From: Nageia nagi
Taxonomy: Eukaryota > Plantae > Pinophyta
Length of the DNA stretch: 64,000 nucleotides
Assembly (NCBI GenBank): GCA_050084985.1
Contig: JBITNC010000002.1
Span: 36,022,001 to 36,086,000 of the forward strand
Reading direction: 5' to 3'
The notes beneath the pieces were generated by a model that did not search any database, was not told where the DNA came from, and saw only the letters and a list, made by a program, of their open reading frames with translations. The translations under genes were made by a program, and so were the position numbers. Positions 13,570 through 26,834 of the stretch are shown here, in pieces. Each line of letters begins with the position of its first letter. Position 1 is the first letter of the stretch.

Positions 13570-13852
13570 TAATTGATTTGGATTTAAAATAACATGACAT
13601 GTTAGTTGAAGGGAAATATATTTAATATAAAGTTGAGTTGGATTTTAATTCAGCATGTGAATTTTAAAATAATATGACATGTTTTTTTTTTTAAATGAAA
13701 CTTTATTTAATATGAGGTTGACTTGATTTTAAATTCAACTTGTGAGTTTTAAAATAATATGTCATGATAGTTGAAAAAAGAAATTGTATTTAATGTAATG
13801 TTGATTTGGATTTTAAAGTCAGTTTCAAATTTTAAAATAACATATAACATGT
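13570..13852. repeat. Degenerate tandem repeat (about 3 units of about 90 bp), Helitron subterminal
   Basis: Recurrent TTTTAAAATAATATGACATG and GTTGA(T/G)TTGGATTTT blocks. Confidence 0.7.
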
Positions 13853-14879
13853 AAATAAAATTTAGAAGATAATTTGAAAAGTGATACAATTTCTCTTAAC
13901 ATATCCTTAATTTATGATTTTATATAAATCCATGAAAAATAAGTGTGATATGTTTCCATTTTATTTATTAAGAATAACTTATAGCCCATAGTGAGTTATA
14001 TGAATTGTAAAATGAGAAGATGAAAACAATGACTATTAATCCTAAAGGAAATTATATGATTTTAACAAGAGTATTGAAAAGATTCAAGGATGAAATCAGA
14101 ATTATATTTAAGATTGAGTAAGACCATTAGTTGAAGATGTACTCATAGAACCTCTACAATCCTTGCAATAAAGATCTGGGACAGTGTTGGGATATATTAT
14201 ATCATAAATTATTCATTTGTACTTTTCATAGTATGAAATTGATCATATTTTGATATAAAGTAATTAATGAGTATTTGGAATATAATGAGATGCTAAACTA
14301 CTAATGAAAATCATGTGGAAATGTTCATAAAATGTTGGATGCACTTATAAGAAAGGAACACAAGTGTCATCATAAAAAAAATATGGTGATAAGTAGCAAT
14401 CATGGGATAGGATCCATTAGTGAAGCTTTGGTTTAAAAGTTCACAAGAGTATATGAAATATTATTAAAAAGGATTTGAAAACCTAGATTGTGTAACAAAT
14501 CTAAGTATCGATAAATGCCATAAGAGACTTAGTAAATTATCACTCAACTAAGTTAAAGAATATAATTACATAATTATAGGTTGAAAGATTATGTTACAAA
14601 TAAATGAGGTGTACCTTGACATAAAGGATGTAAACTGTAACTAAAACTAGTGAACTATCATCATGATATATCACATGCAAGATTGATGAGCTTGCATGAT
14701 GAATGTTCCCTAGTACTTTTTAGGGAGTGGTGTTGCATATCTTAAAAGGAAAATAAAAGAAAGGATATTTGATGTGGGATAATTGTACCACGAATAATGA
14801 TCTTTGCAAATAAAAAAAATGGGTCTGAAATTTTAAGGGTTTTGATAAATTATGTGTTTAGGGATAGTGTTACATGGTG

Positions 14880-16223
14880 ATACATCTCCTCATCTACTTC
14901 AATGAGTATGAAATTTATAACATTCCAAGAGACAACAACATGTATGTTGATGCTATGGATAGTGTCTCTTTCCTTGCTCCTATTAATATATAAGATGAGG
15001 AAACTATTCTTACAATAAAAAATATAGGTAAGCCATCTATGAGCATGTTGTTGAAGATTTTGTTGAGGATCAATGTTATGCATCTAATTGTATCAATGTA
15101 TGTGAATGGTATCAATATACTTTTAATTATCTTAAATATAATATTTTTCCTATCGCCTTTGATCATAATGCTAGAATTATGCTTAAAAAGCTAGCTACCA
15201 AATATGTAATCATTAGTGATTTATTACATAGAAGGTCTTTTGATGGTGCTTTTCTTAAATGTTTAATGAGGTATGAAGTAGATATGTCCCTTCATCAAGC
15301 TCATGATGGTGAATATGATGGATAATTTAGTGCTAAATTTATTTATAGAAGGTTGCTTAGACTAGGTTATTATTGGCTTGCTATGCTAGAATATTATGAA
15401 TTGCATGTTAAGAAATGTGACCAATGTCAAAAACATGCTAAGCTTTAACCTTCTCCTTCTCATGGTTTGCACTCTATCATATCCACTTGGATTTTTTCTA
15501 TTTGGGCACTTGATTTTATTGGTAAAGTTAACCCTATTTCAAGATATGGCCATAAAGTCAGATAAAGGAGGTAAGATTGTTGAGTTTCTTATTGAATTTA
15601 TCATTTATAGATATGGTGTTCCTTATAAATTGCTCATGGATAATGGTACAAGATTTAGAGGTAATGAAGTTAAAGATTTTTGTGATAAATATCATATTGA
15701 AAGAAAATTTTCCACACCTTATTATCCCCAAGGTAATGGTCAATCTTGTAGGCCTATAGAACAAGTATAAGAATTTTTGTAGGGGAAAACCCCTTCTCCT
15801 TAATGTATGGTGATGAATCTATAGTTCTACTAGAGTTAGAGATCCTATCGCTTTGTGTGTCACTAGATGGTCTCATTCCCAATGAGATAGAAGATAAGCT
15901 AGATTATCCCAATTAGAGGTCCTAGATGAAAAAATGGTTAATGCTCTAGAATACCTTCATGTCTATCATTCTCAAATTCAAAAAGCCTATAACAAAAATA
16001 TTAAGCCTAAAGAGTTCAAGGTTGGTGACCTATTCTTAAAACAAAACCTTGCCAACACTAAAGATCTAGAAAATGAAAAGAAAGTTAAGTTTGAAACTAA
16101 CTAGATAGGTCCTTAAATTGTCATTGCAAATTATGGAAAAGGTACGTATAAATTATCCACAATTGAAGGTAAAGAAGAACATAATCCGATTAACATTATG
16201 CATTTGAAAAAGTTTTATGTCTG
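14880..16223 (+). pseudogene. Tat/Ogre pol continued: end of additional RNase H and integrase, degenerate
   Basis: LGYYW and C.QCQ zinc finger, IIYRYGVPYKLLMDNGTRF, STPYYPQGNGQ, GP(Y)-like C-terminus, HLKKFYV. Confidence 0.9.
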
Positions 16224-17850
16224 ATATTTTTTGTAAAAATATGCATTTCTCCATCTTTGGATACTAACATTTCAAGAAAAATGAAGCAATAATCCAACGA
16301 CGTTGTTGTGTTCCTAGTGAAGCTATTGTTTTTCTAGAGATGTTGCTATGTTCCCAATGAAAAATATCTAGAATTTAATCATCTCCTCTAAATCATGGTA
16401 AAATGATAAAAAAGATATTTCATTTCTTTATTTACCTTTCTTTTTTCATAAAAAGTTACTTATCATAAATGATGCTTATCAAAATATATTAAAATTATTT
16501 TTGTATCATTATTCTTATCACTTAACACCTTTGTAAGAAAGGGTCACTCTTATTAGAAAATCCATGGAAACATGGTGGCTTGGGAAACCAAGTTGATCAC
16601 TCTTATCATTTGATGTCTGTTTAAGGGAGGGTCAATCTTATCATTTGGCACCTTTTCAAGGAAGGATCATCCATATCAAAAATCCATAGCAACATGATGG
16701 ATTGGGAAACCATTTTGATGAATTTAAATTGAAAATTTATCTTCATAACTATTGGTGGGTAAGCCACCAAGGAAAGGTTTACTTTCTTATCACTTATATA
16801 CTTTCCATATCATGGTGTTTAATATCTATATTTGAGATATATTATGCAAAACATTTTCTTGTCTAAGCCCTTTTTAGGTTCCTTTATCTTTGCCTTGGAT
16901 TGCTCTTGTGATGAGAAGTACATCATGTCGTAAGCAAGTCAAAGAGGGGGCATAATATTGGTAAAAAAATTGAGGCATCCAAAGCTACTACTGTGAGATA
17001 ACTTTTCAAGAAGTAGTTTCTTACTTTTCTTTTTATACTTTGAATTTATGTTTTGATTATATTTTGTTCCAAAAGTATCAAATCATATTCAAAGTGGGGC
17101 ATCTGTTAACACCTAAATTTTTTTTTTTAATTTAATTAAAATTCCCTTTTAGGTATTCAAAATAATTTATTTAATTTATTAAATAAATACCCTTATCAAT
17201 GTGCACTCTTATCTACCTTTATGTTTTATGATAACAAGCTAGCTCGACATCACAATAAGCCTAAGGAGGAGCCTTAGCACTAGACCTATTACCTATAAAG
17301 ATGGAAGGGTTGTGCATGATCAAAGATATGATATGACATGACATAATCCTAAATCCTTGATAGGTGTCAATATACTTATGTCATTATTCATAGATGTTTC
17401 TAAAAACCACCTATCATTTCTAAATTTTGTTATACTATAAGCTCTGCATTCCTACGATCCTTTCATCCATTCATAAGTGATATTCCTAGTATTGAAGGTG
17501 ATATGATGATATTGAGCAAAAGGGTGAGGTATTCTAGAAAGGTAATTGGGTGATGTTGCTAGGTTTCTAGCATCGATGCTAGGTTGAGGTTGGATTTGTG
17601 GCTTTATTCTTCAAAGAAACTCATCATTAATCCTCTTTCGATTAGATATTATCTTTGTTCATCATGACATGTAAGCTTCAAGTTTGTATCTTTCGTAATT
17701 CTATTTTGATAGGTCAAGGTCAAGTAGGTCATTATCATCTTTCATATCATCATTTACTATTATTTCATGGTTAATTGGTTAAATTGAATTTGCTATAAAT
17801 AACCTTAATTATTATTATTTCGATTATAACAATTAGAGAAATTAAAATTT
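16224..17850 (+). mobile_element. Tat/Ogre 3' UTR with short repeats, polypurine tract and start of 3' LTR (end not defined)
   Basis: Repeated AAATCCAT..CATG.TGG.TTGGGAAACC at about 16557-16711. Polypurine tract AAAGTGGGGCATC (17091-17103) followed by TGTTAACACC at 17104. Confidence 0.6.
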
Positions 17851-18699
17851 GACACTTAGTCACAATGGTGTGTTTGAACCTCATTATTCCTTAGAAAATA
17901 GGAACATGGTTATATTGTACTAAAATATAATCAAATTCTTTGAAAATATTATCACATTTCATGAAAATATGACCATGTTATTTTATTACATTTTATGATT
18001 AATTTATGATAGTGTTTAATAGGTTTAACTACTTCCAAAATGATAGTTGATATATTTCAATCTTTTATTTGGGTTGTTATGATTTCACTAGTATAATTAG
18101 TAGAAATAATATGCAAATTATATAATTCTAGTAATCAAAGTAACTAATCACAAAAGATAATAATATGTGAAACCAATTAATAATAGAACACCATGTGCAA
18201 TTATGAAATCTAGAATAATGAGTAATGGAATTTCATAATAAATAATAAATAATTAAGCCAAGTTGGAAGATGAATATTAAAACCTCCATTTTACACTTAT
18301 AAAAAATAAATAATTGAAATTGAAATTAAAATTTGATATTTTTTGTCCATAAGTGACCAAAAAATAGTCAATAGGACTATTGAAAAATACATATAGGAAG
18401 AGCAAGGGAGTGCCTAGCCTAGTTACAATATGTACAAGTGAGAAGTAGATAAAAAATAGTATTAAATACAACAAGCTTATGTGAGGTAAAAAGTATACAT
18501 AGAGAGATTGCACTTGAGGTAAAAAATAAACTCTTAATGTTACAACTAGAGGAAGTAACCCTAGTGGGTTCAACAATAATGTGCTAATGGGTAAACTTTC
18601 TAGAGTCTTCAAGATTAATTTGATGCTTTTAGTCACAATTTATTATGGTAGAAAATAAGATATGATAAGTATGAGACTTGCTATGTTGCATGATTTGTC

Positions 18700-19780
18700 A
18701 GCGATCACTTTTTATTTGAGGTGGGTGGCTTCTTTGATATAAAGTGCAACATATTTTTGGTCTTTGTAATTCATCCATGATTTCAAGGTGTGGAAACCCC
18801 TAAATAAGTAATGAAACCAACTTTGAATTTCATAGTAGATAGGGAAAATGAATATGAAATGCTCCTTATTCTTTGGTTCCATGTTGCATACTTTGCATAT
18901 ACATTGGTCCCTAGGGATATGGTGTCGATGTGAGGAAACCCTTATTTGGACAAGGGGAAAATATATAAAAAGTGATATGTATAAGTTAATGTAATTAAGG
19001 ATGAAAATAATACTATTCTCTAGTTTCATATCTACTTGAAGATAATGCAAGATCTTTGGTGAAAACAAATTTCCCATTTCAATCTAGGTTGTCCTTAGGT
19101 AAGATGAGTAGATTTACTTCTTGATCATTTTGTTGGTATCTTTGGTAGGAGGATTATAGGTACTATTTGGGAGCTAAGAGATTAAATCAATATCTAGGAC
19201 TATATATCATAAGAGAGAGGTATATTGTGAGTACCAATGAATGCCTTGCAAGTTGCATTGAGGATTTGAGCGCTAATTTCTAGAACTATTGAAATCATGT
19301 GATTGATCTAATTTAAAAGCCTAATAACATGGAATACTGCAAGATCCAATATGGAGTATGCATAAAATTTAATCAAAATGATGGAATGAGGGATAATTCT
19401 TTTGGCCTAAATGGATCTTGAGAGCATGTTGACCAAAACCTCCTAATACAAGCCCAACTAGAGTTTCTCAAGTGGGATCCCTAAACTTCACAACCATAAA
19501 GAAGGGTTAGAGAGACAAGAGCATGGAAGAGTTTAATTCTTTCCATGATATCCTAAAATCATATATGAAAACATTATCTCTTAAGTGTAATAGTTGTACA
19601 AGATCCTTTATTCAATATATTTTGGGAGGCTAGGATCTAGCTTGGAAAATAGAGCCTATGAAGAACACACTCAAATAGGTGTATAAGGTTATTATCTTAG
19701 TAGGTTTCCCTTGTAAATTTAGATGGGTTTTGGAGTCATCTTCTCTTAACAATTGTTACTAGTTTGAGGGGGATATCTTC
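18700..19780 (-). mobile_element. 5'-truncated degenerate LINE (RT thumb to C-terminal zinc finger)
   Basis: YTYLSV (YxYLG), YGCEV, and RVSSH...IPRDQCICKVC...EHFIF..PIYYEI. Confidence 0.75.
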
Positions 19781-20569
19781 GAAGTATATGAAAATACCAA
19801 ATTAAATAAATAACAATATGATAATTATGGGTCTAACATATGCTCTTATTTACATATAAATATGACTATTACACTAATCTCTATAACCTATAATCAACTT
19901 GTTATTGATCCATAATTATATTAAGGCTAATTATGTGGTTATGTGGGAGCCATAATTGGGGAAGAGGAAAACAAATGTAGAGTCCCCTTTTAAGTTATGA
20001 TATGGAGGTAGATGGGACAATGACATCAACTAGGAAAAAAATACCTTGATAAGATATGATTGAGGTGCTAATTAGATAAAATTTGGTAAATAGAAAAGAT
20101 AACAAGAAATCATAAAGTTACAAGGTATAACATACAAGTAAGTGGAATATATGCATAATGTGTAAGTATTTTTTTAATTAGTAAATATTCAAAAATTCAT
20201 GAATATTTTCCTTTGTAAAATTTGTAATTGGTGAATTTGGTAGACTTATGTTTTCCACTGACTTTTCAAAACTTTTAGGGTGCACATTAATTTTTTGGGT
20301 TGGCTCACTAATAGATTTATAGTATTTTAGCCCTTTGAAATTTAAATTATCCATAACATAAAATCCTAAGGGGCATGTTTCACTTTTAAATTATAAATAA
20401 ATTTTTTTTATCCTAAATTTTTTTCCAAGGATACTTCTACACACATATATAAAATGCAATAGCCTAGTTGATCAATTACATTCTTAAGCTAGTTGATTGT
20501 TTAGGCTATTTAGAGTGCATTCTAAAATAATTTTGTCAAATTGCAAACATTCTAAAAATATGCCAAGTT

Positions 20570-21150
20570 TTTGATAAGATATGTATGGTTAGATTATATT
20601 TGAACATGGGTATCCAAAAGGATAAATTACATGATATAACTCCTTGTAAATCAAAAGTTACGAGCTTTAGAAGTTTTCAACATATTATAGAAAACATTGG
20701 ATAACTTGAGATCCTAGTCGATCATCTAGGCTCTTTTAACATGCATTTTGAAATATTATTGATTGATTATGGAAATTCTGAAAAAATCACCTAGATTTTG
20801 TTCAAATAAGTGTGGTTTTAATTCTATGAAAAAATAGATATTTAAAATGATAAATTTCATATCAAAACTCCTAGTAAATAAAAAATTATGAGCTTAAATA
20901 TTTTTAGTAGATAATTATATAATTAACCCTTTACCTAGTAAGATAGATCAACTAAGCTCTTTAGCATGCAATTTGAAAGATTATTATATGATTGTATGCA
21001 TTTTAAAAAATACCCAAATTTTGATGAAATAAGTGTAATTATATTCTAAGCCAAAATGGTATACATAATGATGAATTTCACATCAAAAATTCTAATAAAT
21101 AAAAAATTATGAGCTTCAAAAAATTTCAATAAATAACTATACAATTAACC
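20570..21150 (+). repeat. Tandem array (3 x about 230 bp); left arm of a large inverted repeat
   Basis: Unit core ..AATGATAAATTTCATATCAAAACTCCTAGTAAATAAAAAATTATGAGCTT at about 20610, 20840 and 21060. Confidence 0.8.
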
Positions 21151-21186
21151 TTTTGCCTAATCAAATGATTAGGCAAAAGACTAACT

Positions 21187-21196
21187 TATATATATA

Positions 21197-21267
<71 letters not shown>
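21187..21267. repeat. (TA)n microsatellite
   Basis: Directly visible. Confidence 0.97.
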
Positions 21268-21271
<4 letters not shown>

Positions 21272-22799
21272 ATATACAATATACAATATACAATACAAAA
21301 CATACAATATATAATATACAAAAAATATATTTTATATTATATCCATTAATGTTAGGGGAGTTAGAGAAGTAATAGGTTCAAAGTTTCCTACCCCTTCATG
21401 GTAAAAAAAAAATGTTACATATTAGTAGGTATAATTGGGGTTAAGTACAAGTCCTAGGTGACTTTGATGGAATAGATACCCCTTAATTATAGTAGCTAAG
21501 TTGAATACGACCCTTGCAAGGGATTTTTCTATCATATATGCATATACAAACATACATCTCTATTTGTATAATTAATTAACTTATGATATATATTATTATA
21601 AGATAATATACATCTTTTAATATCCTTTTAAACTCAATGGTTTGTAGGACCTATCAAAGTGTATCTAAAAGTAAAACTATATCAATTAAGTATTTGAATG
21701 ATTATTTCTCACATAATTAACTTGTATAATAAAATCAACAAGTTATACAAGAATTGGGCGAGCAAAGAAGGATAACTAGGGAAAAGAAAAAAGTGGTTAT
21801 GGAGGAGGAATCATTTTCAATAATCCTTGATTTAACCAACTTGAAACAATAACCTAAAGTGGAGATAGAGAATATGGAGGAAGTCCCTACTTAAGATGAG
21901 GAGGAAATTCCATTGGAACCTATGGTTGATCCATGCACAAAAGATAATACCTTTACTATGGAGGATGAGCCCCTAAAGGAGCTAGAGGGGATCCCGATCA
22001 AGGAAGATCCCGAACCCATAATGATTTCTCCAAGAATAAGAAAGATGAAGGTGCACAACAAGTCTCCTCTTATATAATGTAGCCAAAAAGAGGAATCCCT
22101 AGAGTCAAAATGAGAATAATTACCACCATTTATGGAGAAAACCCATGAAAAGGAGCTTGGAAAGGCTAAGGTTGTTACTCCATGAAGGGCACATTTGCAT
22201 AATTTGAATAAGATCACCCTGTACAATGAAGAGGTTGCTCTCCATACCCCTATAGAAAAGGATATTCCCAAGGAACCTATCATAGATGGAGTTGAGAAGC
22301 CTATGAACACTTCCCCATTTGCTTGGTCAGTTAATGGGGTACTATACATAATGCTTAGCCTAGGAACCCCTGTAGAAGTGAAAGAGTAGTTCTTTATGGT
22401 AAGAAGCAACAAGAAAAGGAAAATTATGAAAAAGGTTGATCAAGGTGGTGGGGCTAGTCATGCTAGGTATACAAAATATAAGCCTTGATGCTCATTATAC
22501 TAAGCTCTTTTTAGCTATCATAATTTATATGATTAGGATCTAACTGATGTTTACCTTTTACTGTTGTCTTTTTGGTTAATATATGGACATGTTATAATTG
22601 TATTTTAGTATAGCTTATACAAATCCTTTGTAATATTTTGGCTACTAACAAGTATAGTTAGGTAGTAGGTTTCTAGAAAATCATTTTGTGATAGGTTTTG
22701 GGATCCTAATTAAAACCATTTTCTTTTCAATAATATAATTTATGCCTTATTATAAAAAATAAAATAACCAAGTTTGTTTTGGTTATCTTTGTTTAAAAA

Positions 22800-24180
22800 T
22801 TTATGGATTGAGTTGAAGTTACATATACCTTTGTATGTTTGTCTAATGTATTTGTATAGTGAGCAAAAAAAGAGAAAGTGGGTCTCATCCTTTTTTATTT
22901 AGATTATAATACTTACAAATTATTTTATCCCAAGTTATTTTAGGTGTTTTCTATCTACCAATTGTACTATGTAAATTATGTAAATAATTTGGTGATAGCA
23001 CGTTTCTTTTTGAGACTAGTAATATTCTATGGGTAGGTGGGAGATTCAAGTTTTGGATTAATGATGTTTTAATAGTTAGCTAGTTAACTTTTATCTTTGA
23101 TTTTATCATCATTCCAAAATTTTCAATTTACTTTATTTGCAATTTAAATTTTAATTTATCTCTATCAGAAGGGATTATCTTATTATGTATTTCCCAAAAA
23201 TCAAGCTACTTAGTAACATATTTTAGTCAACCTCTTTTAAGAAGTTGATGAGTTGGACAAGTTTGTTGGGAAACTATAGGCAATCTATGGGTATCTAAAT
23301 TTGTTAGTTTATAATTATATACTATTTACCATTTTAAAGATTCACTTTCAATAGGGAGTAAACTAACATCCATGAAGAGGATAGGGTAAGGTATTATAGT
23401 TTTAATTCTAAAGTTAAAAAGGATAAATTATTTTTGAATTTGTTTAATTTTATTCCATGTTTGTTTAGATATGCTTCCACCTCAAACTTCACAACTATAT
23501 AGTATTATTAGAGTTACAAGGTAGGAGAAGAATTTTCTTTTTATCCCAATTTCAAAGTCTTGTATTTTTACCTTTATTTTTGAACTCATAAAAGGGTTTC
23601 CACCCACCAAAGATTCTTTTTTTGATACTTAAATTTAAATTTAGTTTATGCTTTATGTCGATACCCAAGTATTTGTAAGATTTAACCATTTCTAAGTGAA
23701 GGTTATTAAAGAGGATCGTGGGATGATCCACTTTTTTAGATTTGATTCTCATAATTTTATTTTTATCTAAATTAATTATTAAACCAAAAATATTACAAAA
23801 TGTTTGAAGGATATTTAATTATTTTAGAAGATCATCATAATTTCTAGATAACAAGGCAATATCATTCACAAAAAGAAGAATAACAACAACAAAAGATTGG
23901 TGCATACCCAACTTCTTCAAAATAATTTTTTAGTTGATCTATGAGTTGGGGATAGGGGCTAACTTTGTTTAACTCCAATATTGCAACTAATTTCCTCATA
24001 CCAACCTTCATTAGTTTTGAGTTTGGCTATAACTTGTTCGTAAAGCCTATAAACAACAAATCTTAATTTAGAAGGTAAATTTAATTTAGCCATACACTCT
24101 AAAAGTTTATACCTAGAAACAATATCAAAGACTTTTATAAAATCTACAAAGTATTCAAATAATTATTCTTTATCATGTAT
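22800..24180 (-). mobile_element. 5'-truncated degenerate LINE (RT core to C-terminal zinc finger)
   Basis: IGVKQ..PLSP, LLFVNDIALL (FADD), INLDKNKIM, YKYLGI, and IGR..P...IC...DETHFLF at the 3' end. Confidence 0.8.
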
Positions 24181-24469
24181 AATATAAATTATTATATATA
24201 ATATATGAATATATAATATTATATGAGGGATACCTTATATATTATATAGGATTTGATTAAGCAAAATATTACTCATAATTGTGGGCCTATATTATATATG
24301 ATAATTTACATTATATATCATATATACATAAAATATATTATATACATAATATACATAATACTTATACATGGTATAAATATTATATTATATTAATAAGTAA
24401 TTTAATCAATCACTTTCTAGTATTTAATACAAAATCAAAAATAAGTTTATTTAAAAAGATGAACAATAA

Positions 24470-24850
24470 TCTATGGAAAATTTGTTAAGCTCATAAAATT
24501 TGATTTATTGAGAGTTTTGACTAAAATTTATCATTTTAGATACCTTTTTTTCAATAGAATATAACCACATTTGTGTCATCATAAAATATATATATATATA
24601 TATATATAAGAATGCATACTAAAGAACCTAGTTGACAAACTAGCTAGAGAGCCTAGTCAATTAACTACCTTGTGATTAACTAAGCTCTTTAGTTGTTCAA
24701 TTTTATCCTACTATCTCCTAAAAATTTATAAAACCCATAAAATTTGATTTACTAAAAGTTTTATTATGAAATTTGTCATGTTGGATACAAATTTTTATGT
24801 AGAATTCATTTACATTTATTTTTATCAAAATTTATTATATTTTCCTACAT
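24470..24850 (-). repeat. Two inverted copies of the 20.6-21.1 kb repeat unit (right arm)
   Basis: AAGCTCATAAAATTTGATTTATTGAGAGTTTTGA...ATTTATCATTTTAGATA is the reverse complement of the left-arm core. Second copy near 24730. Confidence 0.75.
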
Positions 24851-25131
24851 TTTCATCATTCTTCTATAAAATTCACCAAACTAATCCAAATCCATTTTAC
24901 TTAGACTCGTTAAAATTTTACAAGATATTTTTTAAAAAAATTCTTAAAACTTTCCTTTCAAATAATACTAAAATATATAAATATGTTACTAATATAACCA
25001 AATTTAATATATTAAATACTAATATATAAACAAAACTAAAGAAGATATAAAATATTAACATATAAAAATGAAAAACTTACACACATTTTTGTATCAATTC
25101 TAATTATACCTTAAACATTAAATTTTCAATT

Positions 25132-25365
25132 AGTCCCCAAGGGGACATTATGGTGGCAAAGTGATTCAAATTGGTAGGAGGAGGTCATAAGTTTGAATCT
25201 CCTTGATGGATCCCTAGTGGTACTAAATGGCTACATTTTGGATGTATCTTGGTTGTATTATGATCAGTTTGTAGGGGGCCCGGATACTAAGTTGTGTGAT
25301 TAGTGGGTAGGATCATGAATCTGATAAGATTAGTGGCTTTGGCTAAAACCGCTCATAAATAAAAA
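25132..25365 (+). mobile_element. tRNA-derived SINE (about 234 bp)
   Basis: A-box-like TGGCAAAGTG, B-box GTTTGAATC (from GTTCGAATC), and A-rich tail. 12-bp TSD AAATTTTCAATT (25120-25131) and AAATTCTCAATT (25366-25377). Confidence 0.8.
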
Positions 25366-26179
25366 AAATTCTCAATTCACCACATAAAAAATATGCATAC
25401 CTAATAGCTGCATAACTATTTTGAATAAATCTAATCCAATTTTAAATGCTTAAAATATCTATAAGAAGATAATTAAAAGAACAAAATCCATAAAAATATC
25501 TAGAAGAAGATAATCTCAAATAATATAGAGACAAAACATAACATTTAAAACCATAAATATCTTATACTATAAATAATAATATGTGTGTTCTTTAAATATT
25601 ATATATCCTTTAAGCATGGATAAAATTTGCAAGGTTGGGTTAATTTTTTTTGAAGAACTAGCAAAATTTAATCCTTAAAATATATACATATTTTAAAAAA
25701 ATTAAAAAAAATTTCAACTCATCCTTCAAATGAATGATCATTTTTGTTGTAGGATGCAAATTTGGAGCCTATAGTTTAAGTATTAATCAAACTAACTTTA
25801 TTAATAATATTTCTTATTTAGTTTTTTAAGAATTATTTATATTAAAAAAATACCAGTATATAACTAAGGATGGAATCCACATGGGAGTCAACAGGTAAAA
25901 ACATAATATCATTACATCACATCAAATGTCAAAAAGTTATAATGAAATATCTTAAATTATATATAAACTTTATTAATAATATAATGAAGAATGAAAAATT
26001 TAGGCGTGTAATATTATTATAAAGGAATTATCTAACTAGGGAATCATCACCCCTCCACAATCTAACATTTTTATGGTGTCTAACATCTTGACACATCGAT
26101 TAGAAAATTTTGTAGGTTTCGTCTACTTTTCAACAATGATCGTAATATATTCACAAAATTATTTGGTCAAACACAAATA

Positions 26180-26578
26180 AAAAAACTCAATTATATATTT
26201 GCAAAGCTAATATTTCTAATAGCTTTGTGAATATGCAAATATGGAAAAATTTGGTGTAGGATTCATGAAGCTATTCAAGAAGATTAACTTCATGAATATG
26301 CAAATATAGATAAAAAAACTTGCTGCATATTCACAAAACTCATATGTCATTTTATCTTTGCGAATATGCAAACATGAAAAAACTTGATCACATATTTGCA
26401 AAAATAATATTCCATTTTAGCTTAGTGAAGATGCAAACATGAAAAAACTCAATTGCATATTCGTGAAACTAATATACCATTTTAGCTTCACGAATAAGCA
26501 AACCTAAATTAAAAAAAAAATTAATTGCATATTCATGAGACTAATATGTCATTTTAGTTTCACGAATATGCAAACTAA
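26180..26578. repeat. Tandem array of about 6 x 63-bp units, each an internal inverted repeat
   Basis: Consensus TTGCATATTCGCGAA(A/G)CTAA-tatgccatt-TTAGCTTCGCGAATATGCAA. Confidence 0.85.
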
Positions 26579-26834
26579 ATTTAAACAATAGTGAAACCAT
26601 ACTTCCTAATGCACAACCTACATGATGTCTAGTACACACCATTAATGTGGGATCATTTCAAATACATAAAAAAAATCCTAATTTTCATTTCACTTACTTA
26701 ACACTGAAACCCTGATGCAAGCGATTCTCTAGAGAACCAACAATAATATTCCCTATAATAAATCCACTTGTTCTATAAAAGTAAGTGATGAAAACCCTAT
26801 TTTTAATGTATTTGTATATTTTATAATCCATGAA

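Larger units (their letters stand above)
9751..13869 (-). mobile_element. Non-autonomous Helitron carrying gene fragments
   Basis: Minus-strand 3' end is a deaminated hairpin ACCCATTGCACTTGGT, 8 nt, then CTAG|T at 9751. Candidate 5' end is A|TCTTCTA at 13869 (less certain). No TSD. A second copy of the hairpin lies at about 11467-11492. Confidence 0.68.
7934..14874. mobile_element. Solo LTR (gypsy-type, about 2.8 kb net) inserted in the Tat/Ogre additional RNase H domain; contains a Helitron
   Basis: Termini TGTCATGACCC...GTGTTACA. TSD TGGTG at 7929-7933 and 14875-14879. The host reading KEMV resumes as IHLLIYFNEYEIYNIPRDNN after the insertion. Confidence 0.85.

Noticed and set aside
21891-22412. 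173-aa minus-strand ORF
   Set aside because: Antisense shadow of a purine-rich, E/P-rich degenerate plus-strand tract; not assignable.
26180-26578. CRISPR-like palindromic repeats
   Set aside because: Eukaryotic DNA, no unique spacers and no cas genes.
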